Origin: Bigelowiella natans CCMP2755
Taxonomy: Eukaryota; Protista; Cercozoa
DNA length: 51,032 bases
Assembly (NCBI GenBank): GCA_000320545.1
Contig: ADNK01002626.1
Span: forward strand, 1 to 51,032
Direction of reading: 5' to 3'
Shown: positions 14,241-28,084 of the stretch, one piece after another
How positions within the stretch are numbered: position 1 is the first letter of the stretch
Layout: every line of letters starts with the position of its first letter
The notes under the pieces: generated by a model
Told to the model about the DNA's origin: nothing
Database searches by the model: none
What the model saw: only the letters and a program-made list of their open reading frames with translations
Position numbers and translations under genes: made by a program

Positions 14241-14779
14241 TCACTAGCGTAGCGCAAGCATTGTGGACCATGCTAGCATGCCAGCATGAACCATGTTGCT
14301 TCCATGTGATTGTGTGTGCACATGCTAACTAACATGTGGCTGTAGAACACCAGAGCACGCAAGCTACTTGCTAGCTAGAGCCGAACTAGCGAAGGCGGCA
14401 TGCATCAGCTGCAACATCTAGATGAGCTAACATGTTCAACTTCATTTGTTCATTGCCTCCGCCATCTAGCCATGCTCGTCTAGTGCTAGCTACATGTGTA
14501 GATGTCAATAGAGATGTGCAACAATCTAGCAATCTAGCAATGCTAGAATGCTAGAATGGGACCATCTAGCCATGCATGCTACTAGCATGCAACGTGACGG
14601 AGTGTCATTGCATTTTTTCAGTCTAACTGTTTCATGACAAGCAAGGTGTTTAGGCATTGTGACGACAACCAACGTTCATTTAGCATGAAATTTCTCACAT
14701 CTAGTCTTCACATCCGATGTCACGCAAATGGAGCTTTCCAGCTTTGCATTGACTAGCTGAATGCTCACATCTCATCCAT
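14241..14779. other. CTAG/CATG-rich island between convergent genes
   Basis: Hand count: 30 of 30 TpA lie in CTA or TAG context, 17 of them CTAG. Confidence 0.85.
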
Positions 14780-14842
14780 TAAATGTCGGATTTGCTTTTG
14801 CGGAGAACTAACAAATATAGGACATGAAAGAGAGGGTCGGTG

Positions 14843-16108
14843 TCATAATTCAATGGCACAATCTAGTAATGTAAAAATGGAATCGAAAGAACATCTACTC
14901 AAAACATAGCATGTGTAAATGTTTCCGAATTGCACAAGTTTTTGTGTTTTCCTACTCGGCGTAAGAGGATTTAGCATGTTTTCCCCTTGCTTAGCTGTCG
15001 AGGAGGTGGCCAACAAAGACTTCTTTAAATTCAGCACAGCAAGCTTTGCATGGTGGATTTCTGTCGTCAGCCCTGCAATCTAAGGAAATCGAAAATAGAA
15101 ACACAACATGTGCATCATTACATGCTGGTGAGCAAAGTGTTGATTTGGAATGCGTGTTCTCACCCCCCCCCCACCCCCCCTCCTCCTGCAAGTACCTGCT
15201 CATAGAGGTGCTCATTCTCAATTTTGAGATCCTAAAAAGAAATACAAAACGACGCAAACTGTTTTAAGGTTTCTCTCTGGGAAACATTGAACAGATATTT
15301 CGATGTCATGTCATACGTTACAAAGCGTGCTGTCGTTAAAATGCCGTGGAAAACAATGCGCAGAGTATAAAGAACGCATGCAAGAGAAAGAGAGAGCGGA
15401 GAGAGAAAGAAATAAGTACAGATGCGACATCACAACACGACCTGATAGGACAGCTCCGCTAGAGACAACTTACAGTTTTCATCAAGCCACTGCAAACGAA
15501 TTAAATAAACAATAACAAATAGCCAATCAAAAGGGTAACCTTACAGTTTTCGTGCGTTTGAAAGCATATGTCCAATGTCGAGTGGCATGATCGCATGGAC
15601 GTGAGCAATGGCAACTCACTTGGTCATGAGCACATTCTATATCATCAGTATCTCCTTTGTTTTGTGATAATGCAGCAACGTTAGCCTCTCCCTCTCTGCG
15701 CATTGCGATAACAAACCTGTCGCTTCAGTGCTAAAACTTCCTCCACCAGGCTTTGAATCTGCATCATGCGTGCATCGATAATCAAATAATAAAAATGCTT
15801 TCACCAGGCAATAGCTTATGGCTGACATACCGTAGCATCGTCGCTGGAGGCGATAAAATTCCTGATGCTCTTTGTGCTGCCCTTTTCTTGACCAAGAGAG
15901 ATGAAGGCGTCCAATGGCGTTTGGAGAGAACTATCGTTGACTGCAAAGCACGATGTAATTCAAATAAGCAATCAACACACGCATGTATCATCTCCACTCG
16001 TACCAGCAGCACTACTTGCACACTGTATCGATAATATACGAGACTTTGCATTAAAATTATACTTGCTATGATGCGAGATGTGTATCTTCTGGGCATGTTT
16101 GGACTCAT
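14843..16108 (-). CDS. Hypothetical small multi-exon coiled-coil protein (or a C-terminal extension of the kinase)
   Basis: AG/GT-bounded open segments: VNDSSLQTPLDAFISLGQE..., IQSLVEEVLALKRQ, WLDENCKLSLAELSYQ, DLKIENEHLYEQ, IAGLTTEIHHAKLAVLNLKKSLL. No family recognised. Confidence 0.4.
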
Positions 16109-16389
16109 TTGAGCAATAATTCGTAGCTCACGAGAACGTCAAAGATCTTATCTCAAAAGTACAGTCGTTTCAAAAGTACCAAAAAAAAAGTGTTCTACGC
16201 CTAGTACCTTGACCCCCCTCCCTCTCCGACCAAACGCCCGCTTCAAAGGCCCATTGCCTAAGGTATACGTGTTGCGTGTGTGTGCGCGTGTGTGTTGTTT
16301 CTGGTAGGTTTGCCTACTTCATTTGCAAAGAAGAAAAAAACGATTTCCGTGTCATGTGGCGATGGGTGTTCGTCTTGTGTGTGGTGTGC

Positions 16390-16527
16390 TAACCGACCGA
16401 AAACTTTCTTGCTGCTGCTGTGTTAGTGGGTTCTTTGTGTCGTGGGTAGTCATGGTGAATTGCTCCATAGCCCATTTTGTCATCGTTATCTACGTGGCGT
16501 AATGCAGTCAAAAACAAGAATATAAAT

Positions 16528-16571
<44 letters not shown>

Positions 16572-16952
16572 GTGTGTGTGTGTGTATTTATATATAATAT
16601 GATAACGATGTGAATATGCCATAAACAGCAATCTCAGTATATATGTTCGAATCATAACATGTTGATGAGTAGTCTAAAGCATCATGTGAATCCGCCCCTT
16701 ATTTCATCTCTGCTATCATAGTCACAATGAATAACGATGGTCCCTCCTCCTCCTTCTTGTTTCACCTTATCTGTTGTTTTGCTATAAAGAGATACTGGAG
16801 GAGAGGGGAAGAGGGGCACACGCTTCCTGTTATAGGAGGAGCCATTCATTAAAAAACATGTAGAGACTAATACGAAGATTTCCAACCCTACACCTCTCAA
16901 GTGTATATCAATAATGTAATACATTTATTCGCTTTTGCTAAAAATATACGCC

Positions 16953-16990
<38 letters not shown>

Positions 16991-17681
16991 CGAAGTATCA
17001 ATGTATGCTTGTGTTGCAATGCTGGAATATCGTCTCTCTCTCAGCTTCCCCCCCTCCCTCTTTCTCTACGTCTATTCAGTGCAGTTGGGATACTTTTCAA
17101 GGATATCTGGCCAGGAAATAGAGCCGAAGAAGGCATGACGTTTAACCTCTTCCATTGCCTTCCAAAAAGTAACATTAATAAATAAATATATGAGCAGAAA
17201 CAGGAGGAGCTTCAGTAAAAACTCGCATGAGAGAGAGAGAGAGAGAGAGAGAGAGTTGTCCATAATAGCAAATAATTGCATCGTCCGCGTGAGTCGTAAG
17301 TGCTCGTGTGAGTGAGTGAATACAAAAAGATAGTAGATCGTGCATATTCACACATGACCATAATGCTAAGATAAAGCTCCGAAACAGAGAAATCATTATT
17401 TTTTTGTCTTTAGGATATTATCGGATTTTGCGAGTGTGAGAAAGAGCGCGCGCGTGTGTGTGTGTGTGTGTTGAATATGATGACCGAAATGGCACTACTG
17501 CTCCCGCTCGTTCTACTCGGTTGCAAGGGTTCCTTCTCCCTGTAGGTACAGGAGCATCCAAGGCGCTTCTTGGGGTCCATTACAAGAAGGGCTAGGTGGT
17601 TGGAGGGTAAGGCGTAGCAGCACAAATATGCACACATACAAACATTCATACTACATGAGTAAATACAAATTGACTATTCCG

Positions 17682-17745
<64 letters not shown>

Positions 17746-18085
17746 ACTTGACCACAGATGTAATTATTTAAAGCTTCTTTTAAGTCGTATATACTCTAAT
17801 ATCGTCATATATGTACGAGAAGAACCGCTACCTTTGATAAGGTCACAAGCAGCCTTCGAGCCTCCAGATGATGGAGATGATGATGATGACGATGATGATG
17901 ATGTGGTTGAAAGCTAATTGACAATATCGTAACAATCGCATCTTATCGACGTCAAACCTCTCTCTCCCTCTCTCTCTCTCTATCTGTCTCTTTCTCTACA
18001 CGATTCATTTCTATAAAATACAGAATCATGAAATGCATATTTGTAAACGTATTTAAGATCAATAAAAACGAGTATATTATAAATA

Positions 18086-18126
<41 letters not shown>

Positions 18127-18588
18127 GATTGGCACACCACTTAAAGAAACGAAGAAAACAACAGTAGTGTTTACCTTATCGCCGCCGCATGCATCTCCAT
18201 TTGTGTGATGTCGCTGCTCTTGATTGTTATTCTCAGAGAATAGTATGAATGAGTCATTTTCCTATTATAGAACAGGAGAGTTAATTTGCCATTCATCAGC
18301 ATTGCATATGCATCATCGCATTGTGCTCACTGCATGCCAATAATGCAAAAACGAATCCCCACTCTTTCTCCATTCCCAAGCAGCAGCAAGCAGCACAGAC
18401 AACACAAGCATCTACCTGGTGAGATCGTATTGATTCGAGCATTTCTTGTCTAGAAAGAAGCTCTCCTGTGGTAATAATAACGATGATGATGATGATGATG
18501 ATGATGATGAGGACGATGATAGTATATGTATGTGCTGCTAGCAAATATACAACGATATATTCGTTACAAGCATGAAGTCGCTCTTTTG

Positions 18589-18620
<32 letters not shown>

Positions 18621-19149
18621 GCACATACACACAATTTCCTTCCTTATATAATATATTGTTGCTGTTGTTCTTTCACACAGCTCTTCCCCCTCCCCCCCAC
18701 CCCCCCCCTTTTTTTCCTTACTTCTGGTAATTAAAAGCATCGTTTCCTCCTTGGCAATAAAACGTCTCTTTTAATTCTCCATTTTCTTCTTCTTCTTCTT
18801 CGTCTACTACCACCACTACCACCACCCCCACCCCCGCTACCTTGATGCGTTTTGTAGGGAAAAGGCCATGAGAGATGACCATAGATGAGTCGATAGATGC
18901 ACACACCGATTGACCAAAAGTCAGGACTCGCCCCGCACATGCCCTGCCGACCAATAGAACGTATTAAGCAAACGACGCGGCAAGGTGAAAGGAGAGGATG
19001 CTATGGAGGAGGGCGAGTGCGAGAAATGTGAAGGCGTGTGAGTGGTGTTTAATGTGTAGGTTGGTGTTCTTGATTCCATGACGACCTCTCCGGAGAGTAC
19101 TTCCGGAGCCATATATCCCGGGGTTCCTACCACACTACTGCTCGCACAC

Positions 19150-19190
<41 letters not shown>

Positions 19191-19565
19191 TACACACACG
19201 CATACAGCAGACACAACAGCATCATTACCACCAATTAACTGATTCATACACTCAAGCACGTCAGATGCAAATCACGTGCACACACACTCTCTGCACCATC
19301 CGGCAGCCGCAAAGAAGCTAGTAGAATGCCATAGAAATGTACTCTTATTTTTATAGAGGTGCTATTCCTACGTCTTCGTCCTCGTCGTTGTCTTTCCTCC
19401 AGGCATCATAAGTGGAGAGGTGGCGTTGAAGTCGGCTAAGCGTAGATTGCCGCTCTGTAAGAGATGGATGTATGTCATCAGTGAATATGGCTTAATAGGA
19501 GCGGTGGTGGAGGTCGCGGTTCTTGTTGATAATAGTGTTCAAGAATAGAATGACGTATTTTTTAA

Positions 19566-19597
<32 letters not shown>

Positions 19598-19931
19598 ATT
19601 CTCTCGCTCTCGTTATTCCCCCCCCCCGCCCTCTCCTTCTCCCAATAAATCCATAAATATAAAACACACAAGCTGGTACGTGCAATACTAGAAACAAAAA
19701 GAATCAACGCTTTAACCATGACCTTGTCAAGCAAACAATTCTCAGGTTTTATATCCATGTGTACTTGCCCCATCTCGTGCACCTTACCCACCGCTATCGT
19801 AGTAGTAGCAGCAGCAGCAGCAGCAGCACTCTCAGTGAAGAAATAAGGCTTCTTGTTTTTGCTTTCTGTTCTATGTTGTGTTGGTGCTTCTTTTCGCCAT
19901 ATGTGTGGCCAGGAATAACTTATAAAGACTA

Positions 19932-19966
<35 letters not shown>

Positions 19967-20140
19967 TATTATACTAAATGATTTAGTAAGTAATATGAAG
20001 ATGATGACGACGATGATGATGGTTAATGATAATAAGAAGCTGTAGTGTGTACCTAGCAGCAGCTGTGCGATCAGCACTTGCACGGTTGGAATGCCCAGTT
20101 TGTTATACTATATGATCACAGTTCATATTTCGTATGATAA

Positions 20141-20185
<45 letters not shown>

Positions 20186-20193
20186 ATTCAAAC

Positions 20194-20239
<46 letters not shown>

Positions 20240-20908
20240 AAACACAAAAACACGCATATTTATATATCACAAATAAAATGCATGCCGGATATGATAAAGA
20301 ATTGTGCTAACTATCATTTCAACAGGAACTCTTTCCCCTCCTCCTCCTCCTCCTCCTCCTCCTTCAGTGTCAGAAGTACCTTATGCAGCACCGCCTCCAA
20401 CGTTCCCCCCTCACAGAGCTCCGTTATTAGATAAAGATTTGACTCATCTTGAAATGCTGATTACGATGATGATGATGGTGATGATGATGATGATGATGGT
20501 GAAGGACGACTAGTAGTGTAGTGTGAAGATGATCTGGAGTAGTAGTACTTTCTATTTGTTATAAAAACACATAATGAAGCTAATCTCATTTTCAACGATA
20601 AGGCTGTTAAACAAGCTCACTCGCATGATCTTGCATAAATAATCTGACATTATATCTCTTTCGCCCCGCTCCCTCCTCTCTTGCTCTCTTCCCCTTCGCC
20701 TCTCTGACCTCTACACACAGTCGCACACAAACACACACACACACACAGAGAGGGAGAGAGAGAGAGAGATAGAGAGAGGGAGAGATATATGAACCTGCGT
20801 ATGGCTTGATGATAAAAGGATGATCTATATCCTTTAGAATGAGGAGTTCTTTCACTGTACGTTCAACGGCCTTTGCTGCAATAGTTCTATATCTGAAACA
20901 ACAACACA

Positions 20909-20957
<49 letters not shown>

Positions 20958-21046
20958 ATGCATATATGCCCCTATCACATAACAGCGAGAGGCATTCTCA
21001 CCACAAAACTGTCTAATAACGGCTGGAGGGGGTATACGAACATAAT

Positions 21047-21096
<50 letters not shown>

Positions 21097-21688
21097 ATAT
21101 CTATATGTGTCTATGTGTGCATATGTGTGTGTGTGTGTGTGTTTGTGTGTGTTGATATGCTGTATCGAGTACACGTTTTAAGTTCACTAAGTGCATACAA
21201 TACAAGCAGAATCCCGACACCACTTTCTCTCCCCCTCCCCCTCCCCTTCCCCTTCTCTCCCTTTCTCTCTCTCTTTCTAAGCAATACTACTTTGCGATGC
21301 ATTTCATAGCATAGTAGGTCTTTGGCCTTTCCTCCTGCATTGTGACAAGATATGTGAGGTGTAAGTTTCCCACCCCCCTCCACCCCCTTCTCCCCCTTCC
21401 CTGTAGTGTAAGATGCTAAAGCGTTGTAACATGACTATCAAACATAGTACATATTCATCATATATAATTTATAGACGCACACCCTTGTACTCTTCCTTTA
21501 TCTACGGTTTTTCTCACCTTATTGTGTCGTTTATCCGCCCTGCTGCTGGTACTACTACTGCTACTGCTGCTACTACTATTACTATTCTTTCCTGAAGAAG
21601 ACGCGGAGTGATGCCCCGCTCTACTAATGGTGGTTGGAGTGTGATTCGAGCGCTTTGGACGGACAACGACCACGGATCCGAATTGCCC

Positions 21689-21733
<45 letters not shown>

Positions 21734-22526
21734 GTGCATATGTTTTGTAATGGCTGCAGAGTGTTTGTCAAGATTTATCTTTATGACCGACGCCAATGCC
21801 ACGTACGAAGGACCAGCAGCTCAGCTTCCTCTTCCCTTCGTTCATTAATTCTGTGAGATAATGATAACAACAGGACGCATCAGTTAAGTCCTATCTCGTA
21901 ACGGAAATATATGTATACATAATTGCTCTCGATGTATTATGTAGCATGTTGTATGCAGTAGTCTCGTAGTTTGCGTGTAGCTGCGAGATCATGAGAGCTC
22001 ATCGGAAAGGATGAGTTTCATTTGGAGTTGTTCGTGACCTTTCGTTGTGAGCTGCGGGCTCTTCAACATATTGACCTGTAGTGAATATTTTTAGATGAGA
22101 AATACAATGAACGAAAAGAGAGAGAGGGGGGGGGAGAGAGAGAAAGAGAGGGAGCGTCTTTTCCCCAGATAGTTTGGGTGAGAATGAGTATATTTGTAAA
22201 CAAAAGAGATTTAAAAGCCAAGTTCGCAAATCAGTAAACTCATATCTAGCAGCATCAGTCTGCAATCAAAATATATCACATGAGCTCCTCGTCGTTCTCA
22301 CCAAATCTGTTTGCTTTGTCAACTTCGAGAGGCTGCTCGTAGAAGGATCCATTTTCACCTCCCCCTGGCATCCTTTTACAATGGGCGAAAGCTCGAGCTG
22401 TGGGTGGTGGTCATCTCCAGGACTTGATGCGCTCATAGGAGTTGATTGCTTCTTGGAGCGATGCAGCATGGAATCTATCAGTAGTGAAGAAGAAGCAGAA
22501 AAGAATTTACAGGGTAATGCGCTCAT
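16390..22526 (-). CDS. AGC-group Ser/Thr protein kinase (STK32/YANK-like DFN motif), many exons; termini approximate
   Basis: Spliced motifs in order: FVRGIGVG|QFGSVVVV (Gly loop), YYAMKCI, KELLILKDIDHPFII, FQDESNLYLITELCEGG, VHMDIKPENCLLD (HMD 19753-19761), LRLADFNA (DFN 19425-19433), VGTPGYMAPE, DFWSIGV, LLVMDPKKRLG, EVKRHAFFGSISW (AGC tail). Confidence 0.92.
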
Positions 22527-23146
22527 CAGACCATCACATCAACTCGCAGCTTTTGTATCGAAAGCTGTTACGGGAAGCTTATTTGTTCATAAGAAATATT
22601 GTGTTCTCGTTAGCTCTCAATCCCCTTATCGTAGACTATCACTATCTTCGATGAGCGGCACGACTCTTTCTCACTTCTGTCCTCCTTTCAACTCTTCAAT
22701 GCCCTCAAGGAAAAAGTCGCAGAGTGATACACACCGTTGCCTCTGCGGTATACGAAGATATAGAAAGCGTTGTTCAATCCTGCTGCTCAAACCAAAGCTT
22801 TAGAAAGCAGAGCTCGGGTGGGAGTATAGGAGGGGACACATCGGATGGAACCGCTTAAAGACTGCATTCTAATCAACACAGATAACTTCTTTAATCTCAG
22901 AATACACAGGCGAATTACAACTAAAACATCCGAACTTCCCTGTCGCATTCCCACCAACCGCCTCCTAGTTATTATTAGGAGACCGTCCTCTTTTAGACCT
23001 ACGAACTTCGACGAGATGTTCAGAGATTCTTGGTGATTTTAAACTATTTTCAGAGATTTTTCGGAGATTTTCAACCCGATTTCTTATCCGAAGCTACTTC
23101 CGAAGGCGCCGCCGCGGAGTCCACCTCCCCCCCGCCCATTAACTGG

Positions 23147-23686
23147 ATGGCGACCTCAGCAAAGCAGCCACTTGTAGTGACGCAAGGCAGGTTGGTTGAA
23201 CCTAGATTTAGATGTTGGAAAATGGAAAGGATAAGGTCGGTGAGGGCAGAGAAGGGGTTTGGCCGGTGGTTAATGTTGTGCGTGAAGATTCATTGCCAAT
23301 ACACGTAGAAACGGCGCGAGTGGAGGCTATGGATCCATGACACATGGCGACAATAAAGACCACGGGAAAGTATTATCGGAAGAGGAAAGGGTTCTCTCGG
23401 GATTTGGAATCGACGAGCACTACTTAGAGCGTAATAACAAGATACAAACTTTCAACCCATAGCATCTTTTCGATTCAGTACCTTCACAACAACGGAGTCA
23501 AACCGTTGGCCCATTTTTTCCCAATTTAAAGAGAATATTTGTGCTGGAAATATAGAGATTGACAGCATTGTCCGCTTGTTTGACGAACTACAGGGGTTGG
23601 GTTATTCATCGTCCTTGTACTGGGGGAATCCATCACGGGCATTACGGTATTGCTGCTGTCTTTAAAACGACGAGGAGTAAACGTGT

Positions 23687-23739
<53 letters not shown>

Positions 23740-23860
23740 ACTCTCCTTCTCTCTCTCACGCGCGGATACACACACATGTCCACGCGCACATCAAACTAAA
23801 TACAGGCACATAGGTCGAATCTATGTGCTGCTTGCTGCACCTCCTTGCTTGTTCTTTCAT

Positions 23861-23908
<48 letters not shown>

Positions 23909-24675
23909 CATGATGGTAAACAACATAGGTTAACCCGGAAGAGTACACAGATCGATGGCAGGTATACTTCAACGTGTCCTTGGGGTTTTTGATAGCCCTG
24001 AGCATCAAGATGAACTACTTTGACACCGAGGTACTTGAAAAGCACATCGCAGCAGTTATAGCAGCTTTCGATAGATCTCTTCAATACTCCATATGATATT
24101 CGTTTTGGTCTGGTTCTAAGGTTGATACTACGGATGGTTCATTATTGATAGGTATTTGCTCTGGAAGATCACGCTATCAATCGAAGCAAGCTTTCACAGG
24201 TCCCCTTGTCGTTATGAGATTCATCGGCTATTTCCATGCTACATGTTAATAGCCATATAAAAGCAACGGTTGTAACCACGAACCAATCAAGAATTCTGCG
24301 ATTCATTTCAATGCTTTTTGTCCCGCACACACAAAGCACACAGCGTCATATCTATTGTTTCCAAACAACATCTCCCTCCAGTCGTAACATCTCCCTCCCC
24401 CACCCTCCCTCGCTGTATGATGCTCCTTGGTAGTTCCTATTTGATGTCGCACACACTCCTATTGTCTTCGGAGTGGCTCTGTTTGGCTCTGGCCTGGAAC
24501 TCACACTGGCTGATAGCGAAAAGCATGAAGAATTGTCCCATAGATGGTTGGTTTGGTGTAGCAATTGCTGCACAATAACAATTACAATTACAACAACAAT
24601 TACAACAACAACAACAACAACAATAACGACGAAGTTTTAGTGTAGTTTTCGGAAGTCGAGTTTTCTTTTTCCCCC

Positions 24676-24715
<40 letters not shown>

Positions 24716-24726
24716 GTATTTGCGTG

Positions 24727-24764
<38 letters not shown>

Positions 24765-25177
24765 TGTGTTTGTGTCTCTGTGCTTAGAACTATTGAAGCG
24801 CGCAGATAAGTGGGTTAGGATATGAATAATTTGTCTGAATTTGGTAGGTTTCTTTGCTTGTCACTTGGTCTCGTCCCGCTTGCATTTGCTTTCATTCAAA
24901 CACTGCACAAGCCACCGGAGATGTGCAAGCTCGCTATTGACAAGAAGAAGCATTACTCCATCGGTCAGTCATAGCTGCTACATACGGTTTCAAATATCTC
25001 TTATGTTGTTATAGGCATGTAATTTGTGCTTGCACTCTCTCACTCTCTGGCTCTCTCTCTCTCCCCCTCTGTTTTTCTCACTTTCTCTTTTACACATTCA
25101 CACGAAAATGCACACAAAGAGAGTGGGAGAGAGAGAGAGAGATACTATTATAACATTTATATCAATAATATATTTCT

Positions 25178-25247
<70 letters not shown>

Positions 25248-26559
25248 TGTATATTGATATAAATGTTATAATAGTATCTCTCTCTCTCTCTCCCACTCTC
25301 TTTGTGTGCATTTACAAATCAGCGACCAAGTTAGTGAGAAAAACAGAGGGGGAGATCAGCTAGAACCAGCAGCATCCAAGCTCATCAGCATCACCATAAC
25401 CACACCTATTACCAGGTAGATTCCTACTGCCTCTTAACGCCTATCAGCTAGCACATGCCGTTTGTTAAATTATAGTAACTGACAATTGTGAAAAAGTGGG
25501 GGGGGGGGGGGGGGAGACACAACAATATATTGACTAAGCAATGTCGTACGAAGAAGGGCTTATTACGCATTCATCTGATTTTGGCATAGGTTTAAACTAC
25601 TACTACTACGCGCCATTGTCGCGTGTTAACTTAGTAATCATCATCTCTTCTCCTTCTCCTTCTTCTTCTTCTTCTTCTTCTTCTTCTTCTCGATAACTGT
25701 AATATTCATTGGTAGGGAGTTGGGATGTGTCAGCACACAGAGGATGGGGAGGAGGAGGAGGAGGAGGAGGAGGAGGAGGAGCCATGGTACAAGGGAAGTT
25801 TATTCAAGGTGAACGGCAACCATAACGACGTAGAAAAACACTTCCTTTTCTCCTCCCCCCCCCTCCCTCATCTCTGTATCTCTCCTTTATATTAGTTTAT
25901 TCCGTATCTAAGGCGGGTTTTAGTCTATTTTATGCCTTTTTCTATCGGGTACTTGGTTACGAAGGCGATTTGCCTTTGCTTGTGATATCAATGTGTCCCA
26001 CCAACAGCCAGTCGAGCTCAACGCCTCGAAAGTGCGAAAAGCTACCTGGACAGAGGTAGGCATTTTGCCCATTGATGCAACCACTAGCAGTAACTCGTTG
26101 GTAGTAGTAGTAGTAGTTGTAGTAGTAGTTGTTGTAGTAGTAGTAGTTGTAGCAAAATGAGGAGGAGGGGGAAGAGGAGGAGGAAAGGAGGAGAAGGAGC
26201 ATCATCAAAGAAGAAGGACTACTGAGCATGTACTACTGCATAGGCCTTATGCCCTTATTGAGTGTGTGTATCCTCTATAAAGACATATGCGGTGAGAACA
26301 GTTTCGTCATCGAAAACAATATCATCGTCCTCGTCGTGTGTTTGATTTATCACCACTTCTCTGCAGCAGCCGGTTATTCATGATTAAACGCATATATACC
26401 CGTCAGTTATTTTATGATCTCGTATATGTCACCGTCATTGCGCGGCTGGGTGAGACCTTGCGGGTGAGTATTATTAGGAGGGAACAGGCTCAAATTCGTG
26501 TGATTGCGTAACACGCGTGCGGGTGTGCTTGGAAGTGTGTATGTGTGTGCATGCGTGTT

Positions 26560-26592
<33 letters not shown>

Positions 26593-26910
26593 TGGCAATG
26601 TGATTTGGGGAGGCTCGAAATTCGGTTATCAACCCGCTTTGTTTGTTGTCCTCTGTGCATGTTAATTATGGCCGCATGTTGGATGTTTGGTTGAAGTCGG
26701 AGGGTGATCGCTGCAGCTCATTAACAATAATACGACTAGGGAGAGCACGGCCCCCCATTGCATTTACAAGACTATGCACTGTATATCATCACTCTTTGGG
26801 TGTTCTGGAAAACGACGAATGAATATGCTACCTTGTACGTTCGTTGTTTGTTTCATTCCTACTTCGCACGTAGTAGTTGTCGTGTGATTGTTGATACCTA
26901 CCCCTGCGAG

Positions 26911-26951
<41 letters not shown>

Positions 26952-28038
26952 TATGAGACATTTTTGCGACTGTAACAAATAATGCGTATATTAAATTTAA
27001 TATTTCACCCACACACACGCAAGCATGCGCAAACACGCTCACAAACATATGTACACAGCACAAGCCATTAGTACTGTTGCGGTTATTAACATTCATCTTT
27101 TCTAGACGCTGAGCGACTGGTTTTATTCCCCTCGTACCCCCCCTTCCCAACTACTTTGTTTCCACAGATTCATGAATGACGACTTATATCATAAGCTCCT
27201 ATTTGCCGTGTATATGCTCGCACTAATCACCGTTGGAATGCACATAGAAGGAGGGTGATAACCAATAATACAGTCACACTTCAAACCATGAAACACGACT
27301 ATTATGCAAAGAGAGTGATCGATCTAGTTAAAAAGAGTTATCCCTTTGCCTTTTATTCCTTTCATCTGGAAGTTTGGCCAATTTCATTCGAGGCGGGAGA
27401 GAAAGGCGCTAGTTTGTTTTTTACAAAGGAATCTTCTATAAACAGACGGTTTGAAATTGTACTTGGCGGCGTTTTAAAGGAAGGAGATTGAGCTCTCCGT
27501 CCCCACTAAAATGACCACCATACACACCGCATACTCATTTTCTATGTTTGGGAAAATGCATTCGAGTTTTCCATAATTGTATATTTGTATCATTGTAACT
27601 TCGATGTAGGCCTGAAAGTCACAACGGCGCTGGAATGGCTATTAGCTTTCTCGGTTTAAGGCTAATCATGCTTTTCGCCTACGCGCGGGTATTGCTTTGG
27701 CAGTTAATAGACTCTAACAAACCCCATCGGAAAGAAGTTCCACGTCGATTTTGAACATACGATAGAATTTTCTCAATTTTTAACTTGTTGCTTCAGATAG
27801 AGCACGGAGCGTGCATTGTTATGCGTTTGACGTCTATATAATGGTGCCTTTTCTTTGCTAGGTTGTCTTTGCGTATTTTCCAAAGAGAGAGGCATGGCAT
27901 ACCACGTTCTGGACGGCTGTACATGTACTTTCAGCCCAATAATTCAAGACTTTGAGACTTTTTGCACTCTCTCCCATTTCATAACAAATTGGGATTTGTA
28001 TTCTCGCGCTCTCTCTCTCTCACGCTCGCACGCTCTCT

Positions 28039-28084
<46 letters not shown>

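Noticed and set aside
4860-14830. Giant transposon carrying SulP and the PWI gene, bounded by the two odd islands
   Set aside because: No convincing terminal inverted repeats, target-site duplication or transposase found.
22174-22803. 209-aa plus-strand ORF
   Set aside because: Antisense to the kinase 5' exons/UTR with no recognisable content.
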